Assembly (NCBI GenBank): GCA_035583445.1
Contig: DATEYD010000039.1
Coordinates: forward strand, 1-59,678
From: Minisyncoccota bacterium
Lineage (GTDB): Bacteria > Patescibacteriota > Minisyncoccia > 2-02-FULL-40-12 > GWA2-44-9
Reading direction: 5' to 3'
Length of the DNA stretch: 59,678 nt
Below the pieces are notes generated by a model, which was given only the letters and a program-made list of their open reading frames with translations, ran no database searches and was not told where the DNA came from. The position numbers were made by a program, and so were the translations under genes. Position 1 is the first letter of the stretch. Each line of letters begins with the position of its first letter. Positions 19,260 to 28,448 of this stretch are shown here, piece by piece.

Positions 19260-21580
19260 CGAAAAAGCACAATCGTACGTGGACTGCTATCGGAATTGCT
19301 ATAGCCGTATTGGCGATTCCAGGCATGATTGTCGCGCTGAACATAGACTCGACCTATAAATACGCGTGGGGTGAGAATATTGGGTGGATCAATTTCGGTA
19401 CCTCCGAAGGCGACGTGGACGTGTCCACGACGGACATCGACGGTTACGCATGGGGTGAGAATGTGGGATGGATATCGCTGACGTGCGACAACACATCGAG
19501 TTGTGGAGTGGTAAACTATGGGGTCACTCGTTCGGGAGACGAACTTTCCGGATATGCATGGGGAGAAAATGTCGGATGGATATCGTTTGCGTGTGAGAAC
19601 ACTTTATCGTGCGGTACCGTCGATTACGGTGTCGAGGTTGATTCAATTACTGGTGATTTTTCCGGTTATGCATGGGGTGAGAACATCGGATGGATCATCT
19701 TCAATTGCGAAACAACGTCGTCGTGCATCGCCGTAGACTACAAGGTGAAAACCAGCGCAACTGCCACGCCGACACCAACGACAAGTTCTCCGCCGGGCGT
19801 TCCTCCAATTATGTTGCCTCCTCCTGCAACGGCGACACCAACCGCAAGTGTGACACCAACTGCTTCGCCCACGATATCGGTAGCACCCACTGTAATACCA
19901 ACGACAACGCCGACAACGACACCGTCTGTATCTCCAATAGTGACTCCTACGACCACGCCGCCGCCGGCTACGCCAACAACTGCACCATCGCCGACAACCA
20001 CCGTACCGCCAACTGAGCGTCCGCCAACCGAGGTCATCGGTAGAGGACTAGATGTCGCTGCTCGGGCGATATTCGGTGTCATTGGCGCTATTGTGGGTGG
20101 TATTTCAGACGCATGCGATGACAGCGCAGTACAGACAGGCGCGTGCGGAGCGACCGCGGTTAGCTCGCTGATAGCAGTTCTAGGAATCGTTGCCATGCTG
20201 CTCCAACAAGAGGTTGCTGCCGCCACGTTTTCGATGCTGCAAGTCGTCGGTCTGAAGAAGCGCGCTCGCGTATGGGGAACAGTCTATGATACACGCACGA
20301 AGCGTCCCGTACCGCTCGCAAAGACCGAACTCTTGGATGCCGTGGGTCGCGTTCTTGAAACGCGGTATGCGGATCGGGATGGGAGATACGGATTCTTGCT
20401 ATCGCCCTCGATGCTCCATGCGGGAGAACAGGTACAAATTTCGATCCGCGTCGCGAAGCCAGGATTCCATTTCCCTTCCTCGCTCATCACCTCAGGTACG
20501 GATTACTTCGTCTATGACCATGTCTACCAGGGCGGATCGATCTCGGTTCGTTCCGATTCGGCTCTCACCTTCAATATTCCGATGGATTCAACCGCGAGCT
20601 TCCGCGCCGGCCTGAGCGGCTTCGGGCGCTCGATGACCGGTCCGCTCATCGACCGCATACTGAACCTCGGCTTCTACGCCGGTCTCATATTGGTGCCTCT
20701 GAACTTGTATCTGGTTCCCAACACGAAGAACCTCATCATCCTCATCGTATTCCTTGCCGCGAACCTCTTCCGCCTTTTGGCGCATTTCCGACCATACGGC
20801 ACTACCATCGATGCAAGAACCGGCCAGCGGCTGGCGTTCGCGCTCATTACATTGAATGAACCTGATGGCGGACGCGTTACATTCTCCGTGTCTGACGAAT
20901 TCGGGCGCTACATTCTGTCCGCCGAAAAGGGGCACGAATACGACCTCGTCGCACATACACCTGCCAATGTCAGCCCGCAGCGGGAGACTCGTGAACGCAT
21001 TCGCCTGAAATCCGGATGGATGACGCAGACGATTGTTGTCGGCAAGAGTGAGCTGCAGGCTCCGCCCAGACCCCCAGCCCACGCTCCGCCACCGCTGTCC
21101 CCATCGATTTCGTCGGCACCTCAACCTTCAACAGGGCCGTCGGGTCTTATCCTGTCGGTGCTGTTCTTCCTATTTGCCATCGGATTTTCTGCTGGCCGGC
21201 CTCGTCTTCCGGTCGGGGCTATGGCCGAGGGGGTCGATGAGGTATACGCGCTGATGCACCCAAACGTCGCCGCAATTGCTGAGGTACTTCGTGAGAATAC
21301 GCCACTGATCGAGATCCTATCGCTCATCGCGACCGCGACGGTCCTTGCCGGAGCTATTCTGGCTGGACGCGAGGCGCTCAGGAATTGGCTGCGTGGACGT
21401 CAGTCGCAGATGCATAAAACAACCCGGACCATCGGGACAACCGCATTTGTTATCGGTGTGATCGTCGTGCCGATGGCATATCTGTTGAATCCTACAACAG
21501 GTCGCGCTGTGCTAGGCATCGCGTTCCTTGCGGTATCCGGCATTTGGGCTCATGCAAAAAGAAAACTCATCCGCATATGA
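19250..21580 (+). CDS. membrane protein with four GYAWGENxGWI Cys-containing repeats, a PT linker and a C-terminal TM plus double CarboxypepD_reg-like module
   Basis: ORF 19220..21580. AGGAGG at 19241-19246 favours the ATG at 19250. It contains the motifs RARVWGTVYDTRTKRPVPLAKTELLD and RPYGTTIDARTGQRLAFALITLNE, and several C-terminal TM helices. Confidence 0.8.
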   Translation: MSIAKKHNRTWTAIGIAIAVLAIPGMIVALNIDSTYKYAWGENIGWINFGTSEGDVDVSTTDIDGYAWGENVGWISLTCDNTSSCGVVNYGVTRSGDELSGYAWGENVGWISFACENTLSCGTVDYGVEVDSITGDFSGYAWGENIGWIIFNCETTSSCIAVDYKVKTSATATPTPTTSSPPGVPPIMLPPPATATPTASVTPTASPTISVAPTVIPTTTPTTTPSVSPIVTPTTTPPPATPTTAPSPTTTVPPTERPPTEVIGRGLDVAARAIFGVIGAIVGGISDACDDSAVQTGACGATAVSSLIAVLGIVAMLLQQEVAAATFSMLQVVGLKKRARVWGTVYDTRTKRPVPLAKTELLDAVGRVLETRYADRDGRYGFLLSPSMLHAGEQVQISIRVAKPGFHFPSSLITSGTDYFVYDHVYQGGSISVRSDSALTFNIPMDSTASFRAGLSGFGRSMTGPLIDRILNLGFYAGLILVPLNLYLVPNTKNLIILIVFLAANLFRLLAHFRPYGTTIDARTGQRLAFALITLNEPDGGRVTFSVSDEFGRYILSAEKGHEYDLVAHTPANVSPQRETRERIRLKSGWMTQTIVVGKSELQAPPRPPAHAPPPLSPSISSAPQPSTGPSGLILSVLFFLFAIGFSAGRPRLPVGAMAEGVDEVYALMHPNVAAIAEVLRENTPLIEILSLIATATVLAGAILAGREALRNWLRGRQSQMHKTTRTIGTTAFVIGVIVVPMAYLLNPTTGRAVLGIAFLAVSGIWAHAKRKLIRI
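19361..19750 (+). repeat. coding tandem repeats (36-38 aa units) with the pattern GYAWGENxGWIxxxCxxxxSCxxVxY
   Basis: Four copies can be read in the translation: YAWGENIGWINFG, GYAWGENVGWISLTCDNTSSCG, GYAWGENVGWISFACENTLSCG and GYAWGENIGWIIFNCETTSSCI. Confidence 0.8.
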
Positions 21581-24500
21581 TGCCTCCTCCCTCCCACTCC
21601 CTGAACAAGGCATCCCTGGCCGCCTTCCTCTCGGTCCTGGTATTGGCCGTGGCGACCTCTGCCGGCTCCCTGACCCCCTCGGCATTACCCGACTCTACGA
21701 TGCACACCCTGGAGGAGATCTTCGATTCGGTCGCCTCAGATTCCTACGATTCCTCAGGAATCACGGCAGATCAGAACGGCTCCCTCCTGGCCAACCTCAA
21801 GTACATCAACTCCCAGCTCGGGTGGGCCTCCGTATCCGGTGACCTCTACTTCCTGGGCACCGGCAACGTCGGGATCGGGGACACCACGCCGGAGACGGAG
21901 TTCGAAGTCCTCGGAACCGCATCGGTGTCAAGCCTCTACATTGGGGGAGTGCTCTGGAACCCTGCGGGGGCGTCATCCCTTTCCGCGACACTCGAGATCA
22001 CTGGTGACGGCACCATCGACATACTGAAGCTCACCGAATCGGACTCCGCGAAGTCTTACGGGCTCGTTGTTCGCGATGGCGACCTCTTTGTTCGAGCGCC
22101 GAGTACTTCGGATGCGTTCTCCACGCACTGGAACGTGTTGTCAGTTGCCTCGAATTCTCTGGCAACTACTTTAGGGACGCCGGCCTCTCCGGTGCTGGTC
22201 GGATCCCGTGTGAACCCGCTCGGCAACAATGTATATGCCGCATACGTTTCGGGAAAATATGCGTACACAGCACAATCAACCGGACTCGTGGTTATCGATA
22301 TATCAAATCCCGCGTCACCGTCCATGGTGGGTACCACCACCATTGGCGGACTGGGTCTCGATGTCGTTGTTGCCGGCCAATATGCCTACTTAGCGAACGA
22401 TTCGAATGGGCTCGTCATCTTTGATGTCTCAAATCCAGCAGCTCCAATATTCGCGGGGCAATATGATTCATCGGGAGCTGCTCGGGCCGTCGATGTATCC
22501 GGAAGGTACGCTTACCTTGGTCATGATTCCACGATCAGCGTTATTGATATCTCCAATACATCAAATCCTATAGTGGTGGGCACGGTTGGCGCATCCGGAT
22601 CAATTAATAGCGCGACCGTTCATGGTTCCTATCTTTTTGTCGGGGCAGGCGCAGCAGGCCTCGATATCGTTGATATCTCGGAACCGACAAATCCAATGGT
22701 TGTGACGACATACGATACATCCGGATTCTGTCAGGAGGCTGTCGTCGTCGGTCGATACGCATACGTTGCTGACTTCGGTGGTGGTCTCGTGATTCTCGAC
22801 GTTTCCGATCCAACGAATCCAACATTAGTGACCGCCCTTGCAACAGGCGGAACCCCCACGAGTGTCGTGGTCGCCGGAAAATACGCATACGTTGCTGATC
22901 AAGATGGCGGACTCAAGATTATCGATGTCAGTACGCCCAGCACCCCCTCGATCGTTGGAACGATCAATATGTCCGATGGGTCTGAGGACGACGTCTTTGT
23001 TGCCGGGCGATATGCATATGTATCCAACACGAGTCCGGGAAACGGTGGCTTCCATATCGTTGACGTAGGGGGCCTCCAAGTACATGCGCTTGATGCAGGT
23101 AGCTTCAGCGCGAACAGTATTGCGACATGGAATGATGTCGATATTGGCAATAACCTGCTTGTGCGCAACGGGCTAAACGTCGGCGCGGGCGGATTATTGG
23201 TGAACGGATTTACAGGATTTGCCAGTGCGTCATGGTTCGGTTCTCACGCCTCCGTCTCCGGCAATTTCGAGCTGGGAGGCACCGTCTCCTCCAATTGGAT
23301 CCCTACCATCGACAACACGTACTCCCTGGGCACCTCGGCATTGAAGTGGTCCAACCTCTTCGCCACCAATGCCTCGGTCTCGGGCACCCTGGAAGCGAAC
23401 ATCGCTTCGGTGAGCCAGCTGTACATCAATGGAAGCCTGTTTTCGCCGGCGTCGGCCGGAGGCTGGACCGACGATGGGACGGTTGTTCGCCTCACGACCA
23501 TCACCGACAACGTCGGCATCGGGACGACGACGCCCGGATACAAACTCGAGATCGGCACCCCGGGCGACATCAATCTTGCATCGTCAGGGGCGGCATTCCG
23601 TATCGCGGGCTCCAGTGTTCTCAGTGTGAAGGGGTTGGGAAACACTTGGGTAGGCGTTGGGCCGGGAAGTGCCAATACCACCGGCTACTGGAACACGGGT
23701 ATCGGCTACCAATCTCTGGACACCAACACGACCGGACACGGCAATATCGCCATGGGTTATCAGGTGTTGACCGACAATACGGACGGACACTGGAATACCG
23801 CGATCGGCTACCTGGCGCTCGGTGACAACACCACAGGAGCGGGAAACAGCGCCTACGGCTTCCAGGCGCTCATGGCCAATACCACCGGTTCCTACAACAT
23901 CGCCATCGGCAATGCAGTCGCTACTTCCAACACCACTGGCTCTCACAACGTCGCCATCGGTTACGCTGCGTTCCAAAACAATATTTCAGGACATGAGAAC
24001 GTCGCGATCGGTGATGCTGCTCTTCGTCTCACCACGGGCTCCGACAACCTCGCGCTCGGAGCCAGCGCAGGATACAGCGCACTAGGCTCCGGCAACGTCT
24101 TCATCGGCCGTTCTGCCGGCTACTCCGAGACGGGTTCCAATCGGCTCTATATCGACAACTCTGATACCGCGACCCCGCTCATCTACGGCGAGTTTGACAA
24201 CGACTATCTCTCGTTCAACGCCAATACTTCCATCTCCGGCAACTTCGAACTTACTGGTCTTGCTTCTATCAGCGGCGGCGTCTATTTCACAAATCTGGCA
24301 TCAACCGGTGCCGGATACAACTTCGTCTGCCGTGATCCTGTTACGGGCATCATTACTCATGCAGCGACATGCACTCCCTCGGCTCTACGTTTCAAGGAGA
24401 ACGTTCAGGACCTAACCCATGGATTGGATTGGGTCTCCCAGCTTCGTCCGGTCACATTCGATTGGAAGCACAGCGGCGAACCCTCTCTCGGCTTCATCGC

Positions 24501-25125
24501 CGAAGAGGTCGCCTCGGTCAGCCCGTTGCTTGCCCTCTATCAGGAAGGCGAGATCTTCAGCGTGAACTACCAAATCATGACCGCGGTCCTCGCGGGGTCC
24601 ATTCAGGAGCTGGCGTCACGACAGTACCGGTTGGAAGAGTTGATGGCGATGCAGACCGGAATACGAACAGAGGAATCAGGCAATTCCGCACTTTCGGGTC
24701 TCTTCTCCTCTATTATCGGCATGTTCAAAGACCTTCTGGGCATCGGATTCGAACAGGGAAGCATTCAGGCTGATCGAGTGCGTGCGGATTCCGTCGAGCT
24801 TGAGACCGGCGTCACCATCAAAGACCGATCTACTGGTGGCTACTACTGTCTCCAGATGGTGGACGGCATCCTGCGCACCATCCTTGGTCCTTGTGGTTCG
24901 ACGACTCTTGAACCGACCCCATCGATTTCAACTCCTGAGCCATCACCCATAACAGCCGAAACCCCGATCTCATCGGAATCTCCGGTTCCCTCGGATATAA
25001 CGGAACCAATCTCCGCTCCCGAGCTCACCCCCAAACCGACGCCCGAGCCCACTCCGGAGCCTACCCCCGAATCGGCCCCAGAACCAACTCCCGAACCAAC
25101 ACCCGCAGAGGACCAATCTTCGTAA
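21577..25125 (+). CDS. tail-fibre-like surface protein (LVIVD propeller, NTAxGY repeats, Peptidase_S74-type intramolecular chaperone, PT-rich tail)
   Basis: ORF 21544..25125. The first ATG, at 21577, forms an ATGA overlap with the upstream stop. There are about 7 LVIVD blades (GLVIFDVSNPAAP and similar). SALRFKENVQDL...GFIAEEV matches the S74 chaperone signature. The C-terminus is TPEPTPEPTPE. Confidence 0.85.
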   Translation: MMPPPSHSLNKASLAAFLSVLVLAVATSAGSLTPSALPDSTMHTLEEIFDSVASDSYDSSGITADQNGSLLANLKYINSQLGWASVSGDLYFLGTGNVGIGDTTPETEFEVLGTASVSSLYIGGVLWNPAGASSLSATLEITGDGTIDILKLTESDSAKSYGLVVRDGDLFVRAPSTSDAFSTHWNVLSVASNSLATTLGTPASPVLVGSRVNPLGNNVYAAYVSGKYAYTAQSTGLVVIDISNPASPSMVGTTTIGGLGLDVVVAGQYAYLANDSNGLVIFDVSNPAAPIFAGQYDSSGAARAVDVSGRYAYLGHDSTISVIDISNTSNPIVVGTVGASGSINSATVHGSYLFVGAGAAGLDIVDISEPTNPMVVTTYDTSGFCQEAVVVGRYAYVADFGGGLVILDVSDPTNPTLVTALATGGTPTSVVVAGKYAYVADQDGGLKIIDVSTPSTPSIVGTINMSDGSEDDVFVAGRYAYVSNTSPGNGGFHIVDVGGLQVHALDAGSFSANSIATWNDVDIGNNLLVRNGLNVGAGGLLVNGFTGFASASWFGSHASVSGNFELGGTVSSNWIPTIDNTYSLGTSALKWSNLFATNASVSGTLEANIASVSQLYINGSLFSPASAGGWTDDGTVVRLTTITDNVGIGTTTPGYKLEIGTPGDINLASSGAAFRIAGSSVLSVKGLGNTWVGVGPGSANTTGYWNTGIGYQSLDTNTTGHGNIAMGYQVLTDNTDGHWNTAIGYLALGDNTTGAGNSAYGFQALMANTTGSYNIAIGNAVATSNTTGSHNVAIGYAAFQNNISGHENVAIGDAALRLTTGSDNLALGASAGYSALGSGNVFIGRSAGYSETGSNRLYIDNSDTATPLIYGEFDNDYLSFNANTSISGNFELTGLASISGGVYFTNLASTGAGYNFVCRDPVTGIITHAATCTPSALRFKENVQDLTHGLDWVSQLRPVTFDWKHSGEPSLGFIAEEVASVSPLLALYQEGEIFSVNYQIMTAVLAGSIQELASRQYRLEELMAMQTGIRTEESGNSALSGLFSSIIGMFKDLLGIGFEQGSIQADRVRADSVELETGVTIKDRSTGGYYCLQMVDGILRTILGPCGSTTLEPTPSISTPEPSPITAETPISSESPVPSDITEPISAPELTPKPTPEPTPEPTPESAPEPTPEPTPAEDQSS
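23248..23396 (+). repeat. partner copy of the 149-nt cassette at 1476..1624
   Basis: Hand alignment gives 147 of 149 identical positions. The flanks on the 5' side are unrelated. Confidence 0.9.
24379..24645 (+). other. predicted intramolecular chaperone / autoproteolysis domain (Peptidase_S74-like); candidate cleavage Ser codon at 24379
   Basis: PSALRFKENV resembles the S-D-x-R-x-K-E-N signature of endosialidase/tail-fibre chaperone domains. It is followed by LDWVSQLRPVTFDWK and GFIAEEVASV. Confidence 0.55.
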
Positions 25126-25177
25126 ACCTACATATCCCCAGGCTATAGACGGGGCGGGTTTACTTCCCATTCCACAC

Positions 25178-25186
25178 TGATAAGAT
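25178..25186 (+). promoter_or_regulatory. extended -10 TGATAAGAT upstream of the 25231 gene
   Basis: Read directly. Confidence 0.3.
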
Positions 25187-25230
25187 AGGGGCGATAACAA
25201 ACGGCCGCGGAGGGTGGCCGAAATCACCAG

Positions 25231-25938
25231 ATGAGTACCGGAGCAAAATTCATAGTCGGTCTGTCGATCGTAGCGGTGGTAGGGGTCGGCGGGTGGTTCG
25301 CATGGCGCTCGCAGTCCGTGAGCGATCTTGCGGAGCTATCCACGAACTTGGGGGCGAAGCTGACGGATGAGCAGGTGCAGCGCGTGGTTGACCACCTCGC
25401 GACGTTCGTCGCGATCCCGGAGGGAGAGCAGCCGTCCGCGGTCGTCCTCGACGACACCGAAGAGCGCGCACGCCAGCAGTCGTTCTTCCGCGATGCGAAA
25501 GACGGTGACATCCTCATCTACTTCGCGAACCGCGCCATCATCTTCGACCCCATCGCTGACAAGCTGGTGAACGTCGGCCCGGTTGTCCGTGCGGACGAGT
25601 CTCCCGCGCCGACCGCATCAGACAGCGAACCCCTGGCCACGCCGATCCCACCTGAGGAGACATCGGTCGAGGTGCGCAACGGCACCAAGACTGCAGGTCT
25701 TGCGGGGACCACAGCAAGCGGCCTGAAGAGCGAATATGCCTGGATCGTCAAAACCTCGGCATCCGATGCCAGTAAGAACATCTACACCGGCACGACATTG
25801 GTAGACCTCAGCAAAGGCGCAAAACCTGGTGCTTTAGCGGCTTTGGAAGAGGAATTCGGCGTCAAAGCAGTCTCAACCTTGCCCCAGGGAGAAGCGTCGT
25901 CCACAGCTGACTTCGTGGTCATCCTCGGGACGAAGTGA
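25231..25938 (+). CDS. LytR_C domain-containing membrane protein
   Basis: 235 aa with an N-terminal TM segment. VEVRNGTKTAGLAGTTASGLK...TTLVDL is typical of a LytR C-terminal domain. Confidence 0.75.
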   Translation: MSTGAKFIVGLSIVAVVGVGGWFAWRSQSVSDLAELSTNLGAKLTDEQVQRVVDHLATFVAIPEGEQPSAVVLDDTEERARQQSFFRDAKDGDILIYFANRAIIFDPIADKLVNVGPVVRADESPAPTASDSEPLATPIPPEETSVEVRNGTKTAGLAGTTASGLKSEYAWIVKTSASDASKNIYTGTTLVDLSKGAKPGALAALEEEFGVKAVSTLPQGEASSTADFVVILGTK

Positions 25939-25963
25939 TATACTCTGGGTGGATTCTGGTGAA

Positions 25964-26000
25964 GCAAAAACCGGCTTGAAGGGAGCCGGTTTTTGCTTTA
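25964..26000 (+). terminator. rho-independent terminator
   Basis: The stem GCAAAAACCGGCT/AGCCGGTTTTTGC has a 7-nt loop and is followed by TTTA. Confidence 0.75.
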
Positions 26001-26013
26001 TCGTTGACTGAGA

Positions 26014-28401
26014 ATGGCTCGCAGGAAATACATGCTCCTTGTGGAATTCCCGTACCCCTCGGGTGATTTGCACATCGGGCACTGGTACACCTTTGCGGTC
26101 TCCGACATCCTCGCGCGCTACCTGCGCATGAAGGGCGAGTACGAGATCATGTATCCCATCGGATTCGACGCGTTCGGCCTGCCGGCGGAGAACGCCGCCA
26201 TCAAGCACGGAACGACACCTGCGAACTGGACCGAAACGAACGTCGAACGCATGACCCAGCAGCTGAAGAACATGCACGCATCGTTCGATTGGGACCGGCT
26301 GGTGAACACCTCGCATCCCGATTACTACCGGTGGACCCAGTGGATCTTCCTGAAGCTTTTCGAACAGAAGCTCGCATACCGAGCGAGCACGATCGTGAAC
26401 TGGTGTCCGAAGGACAAGACGGTCCTTGCTAACGAGCAAGTGACGGATGGCTGCTGCGAGCGGTGCGACAGCCCCGTCGAACAGCGCGAACTGGAACAGT
26501 GGATGTTCAAGACGACCGCGTTCGCCGACGCCCTCGCAGACGACCTTGAGGACTTGGATTGGACCGAAACCATCAAATCCGCACAACGGAACTGGATCGG
26601 GCGATCGACCGGCGCACTGATTAAGTGGCCGCTTCGGGTGCCCGGGATCAAGGATGAGGAGAACATTCTGGAAACGTTCACGACCCGTGCCGATACGCTC
26701 TTCGGCGCTACCTTTCTGGTCATCTCCCCGGAACTGGGCAAAAAGTGGCTTTCTACGGGCTGGGACGCACCAAACCATGTGCGTGCATATATAGAGGAAG
26801 CTCTGGGCAAGCGCGAGCTCGATCGCTTAGAGGGCGGAAAGGAGAAAACGGGGGTCGATTCCGGTGCCTCAGCGGTGCATCCACTGACCGGCGAAACAGT
26901 CCCTGTATGGGTGGCCGACTACGTGCTCGGATCTTACGGGACCGGTGCGATCATGGCGGTGCCTGCGCATGACCAGCGGGATTATGAATTCGCAAACAAA
27001 TTCAATATTCCTGTCACATGCGTTATTGATCCGCCAGAATCGTTAGTCGCTCAACTTGGCGATACGCTGTCAGATGCGCAACGCCAGACACAGAATCAGC
27101 GAGAATCTATACTTGCCGGTAAGGCTGTTTACGAAGGAGATGGAAATTTGATCAATTCGGAAGCATTCAATGGTCTGAATGCTAAAGATGCGGTGAAATC
27201 AATTACCAAGGCATTGAAGGAGAAGGGGATGGGCAGATCGGAGACGCAATACAAGCTCCGAGACTGGGTGTTGTCCCGTCAGCGATACTGGGGGTGCCCG
27301 ATTCCCATGATCAAATGCCCCTCCTGCGGGTACGTGCCGGTCTCGAAGGACGATCTGCCCGTGAAATTGCCTGCTTTGGAGGACTTCAAGCCGGCTAATG
27401 ACGGGCGTTCACCGCTGGCGAAAGCAGGGGATTGGCTCAAAGTGAAATGTCCGACATGCGGGGAACCCGCAGAGCGCGAGACCGACACCATGGACACCTT
27501 CGTGGATTCCAGCTGGTACTTCCTGCGCTACGCGGACCCGAAGAACGCGAAGAAATTCGCCGATCCCAAACACCTCAAAGAATGGATGCCGGTTCCGCTC
27601 TACATCGGTGGACCGGAGCACAACACGATGCATTTGCTCTATGCGCGGTTCATCACCAAGGCGCTGCACGCCGGCGGACACCTGTCGTTCAATGAGCCGT
27701 TCACCACGCGTCGCAACCATAGCGTCATCCTTGGCGCCGACGGCAATCGCATGTCGAAAAGCCGCGGGAACGTGGTCGACCCTGACCACGAGGTGAAGAC
27801 CTACGGCGCGGACACGGTGCGCATGTACTTGGCGTTCATGGGGCCGTATTCCGACCAGACCATGCCATGGGACCCGAACGGGATCACCGGCGTACACCGA
27901 TTCCTCAAACGTGTACGCGCGCTGTATGAGAAGGAACCCGTGAGTGAGGAGGATCCCGATGTGGAGCGTGCGTTACATGCAGCGACTAAAAAAGTCAGCG
28001 CGGACATCCCGGAACTGAAATACAACACCGCGATCAGTGAACTCATGAAGACGCTGAACCTGATCGAGGAGCACAATTCGGGGCTCACCAAGAAACAGCG
28101 AGGACGATTTCTGGCAATCGTGGCACCGTTTGCTCCCGAATTGTCCGAGGAACTCCAGAAGGGGATCCACGACGAATCGTGGCCTGAATATGATGAGAAT
28201 ATCCTGAAAACCTCGACCGTCGAAATACCCGTGCAGGTCAACGGCATCCTCCGTGGGCACATCACACTTGCACCGGATGCAGGTGAGGCCGAGGCGGTAT
28301 TTGCCGCCAAACAAGATGCGGGCGTCGAACGGTACCTGGCTGAAGGTGAGCCCCGGAAGGTCATCTACAAGCCGGGCAAGCTCCTGAACCTTGTCGTATA
28401 A
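26014..28401 (+). CDS. leuS: leucyl-tRNA synthetase (short N-terminus)
   Basis: 795 aa. Motifs include FPYPSGDLHIGHWY, GFDAFGLPAENAA and a KMSKS-type RMSKSRGN. An in-frame TGA lies at 26005-26007. Confidence 0.95.
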   Translation: MARRKYMLLVEFPYPSGDLHIGHWYTFAVSDILARYLRMKGEYEIMYPIGFDAFGLPAENAAIKHGTTPANWTETNVERMTQQLKNMHASFDWDRLVNTSHPDYYRWTQWIFLKLFEQKLAYRASTIVNWCPKDKTVLANEQVTDGCCERCDSPVEQRELEQWMFKTTAFADALADDLEDLDWTETIKSAQRNWIGRSTGALIKWPLRVPGIKDEENILETFTTRADTLFGATFLVISPELGKKWLSTGWDAPNHVRAYIEEALGKRELDRLEGGKEKTGVDSGASAVHPLTGETVPVWVADYVLGSYGTGAIMAVPAHDQRDYEFANKFNIPVTCVIDPPESLVAQLGDTLSDAQRQTQNQRESILAGKAVYEGDGNLINSEAFNGLNAKDAVKSITKALKEKGMGRSETQYKLRDWVLSRQRYWGCPIPMIKCPSCGYVPVSKDDLPVKLPALEDFKPANDGRSPLAKAGDWLKVKCPTCGEPAERETDTMDTFVDSSWYFLRYADPKNAKKFADPKHLKEWMPVPLYIGGPEHNTMHLLYARFITKALHAGGHLSFNEPFTTRRNHSVILGADGNRMSKSRGNVVDPDHEVKTYGADTVRMYLAFMGPYSDQTMPWDPNGITGVHRFLKRVRALYEKEPVSEEDPDVERALHAATKKVSADIPELKYNTAISELMKTLNLIEEHNSGLTKKQRGRFLAIVAPFAPELSEELQKGIHDESWPEYDENILKTSTVEIPVQVNGILRGHITLAPDAGEAEAVFAAKQDAGVERYLAEGEPRKVIYKPGKLLNLVV

Positions 28402-28409
28402 CGGAATCG

Positions 28410-28418
28410 TGGTATTAT
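28410..28418 (+). promoter_or_regulatory. extended -10 TGGTATTAT upstream of the KH-domain gene
   Basis: Read directly. Confidence 0.35.
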
Positions 28419-28448
28419 AGGCGGGTATCTGACTAACCGCATAACCGC

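Noticed and set aside
1476-23396. Diversity-generating retroelement (template/variable repeat pair) as an explanation for the 149-nt repeat
   Set aside because: No reverse transcriptase ORF is present in the window. The two mismatches (C/T and A/G) do not show the adenine-specific pattern expected of a DGR.
1-25125. Prophage or tailocin
   Set aside because: Only fibre-like and chaperone modules are present. There are no capsid, portal, terminase, sheath/tube, baseplate, lysis or integrase genes and no att-like direct repeats. The proteins also have membrane anchors.
25873-26778. 301-aa minus-strand ORF across the leuS 5' region
   Set aside because: It is antisense to LeuRS. It also spans the intergenic terminator, which a real gene would not be expected to do.
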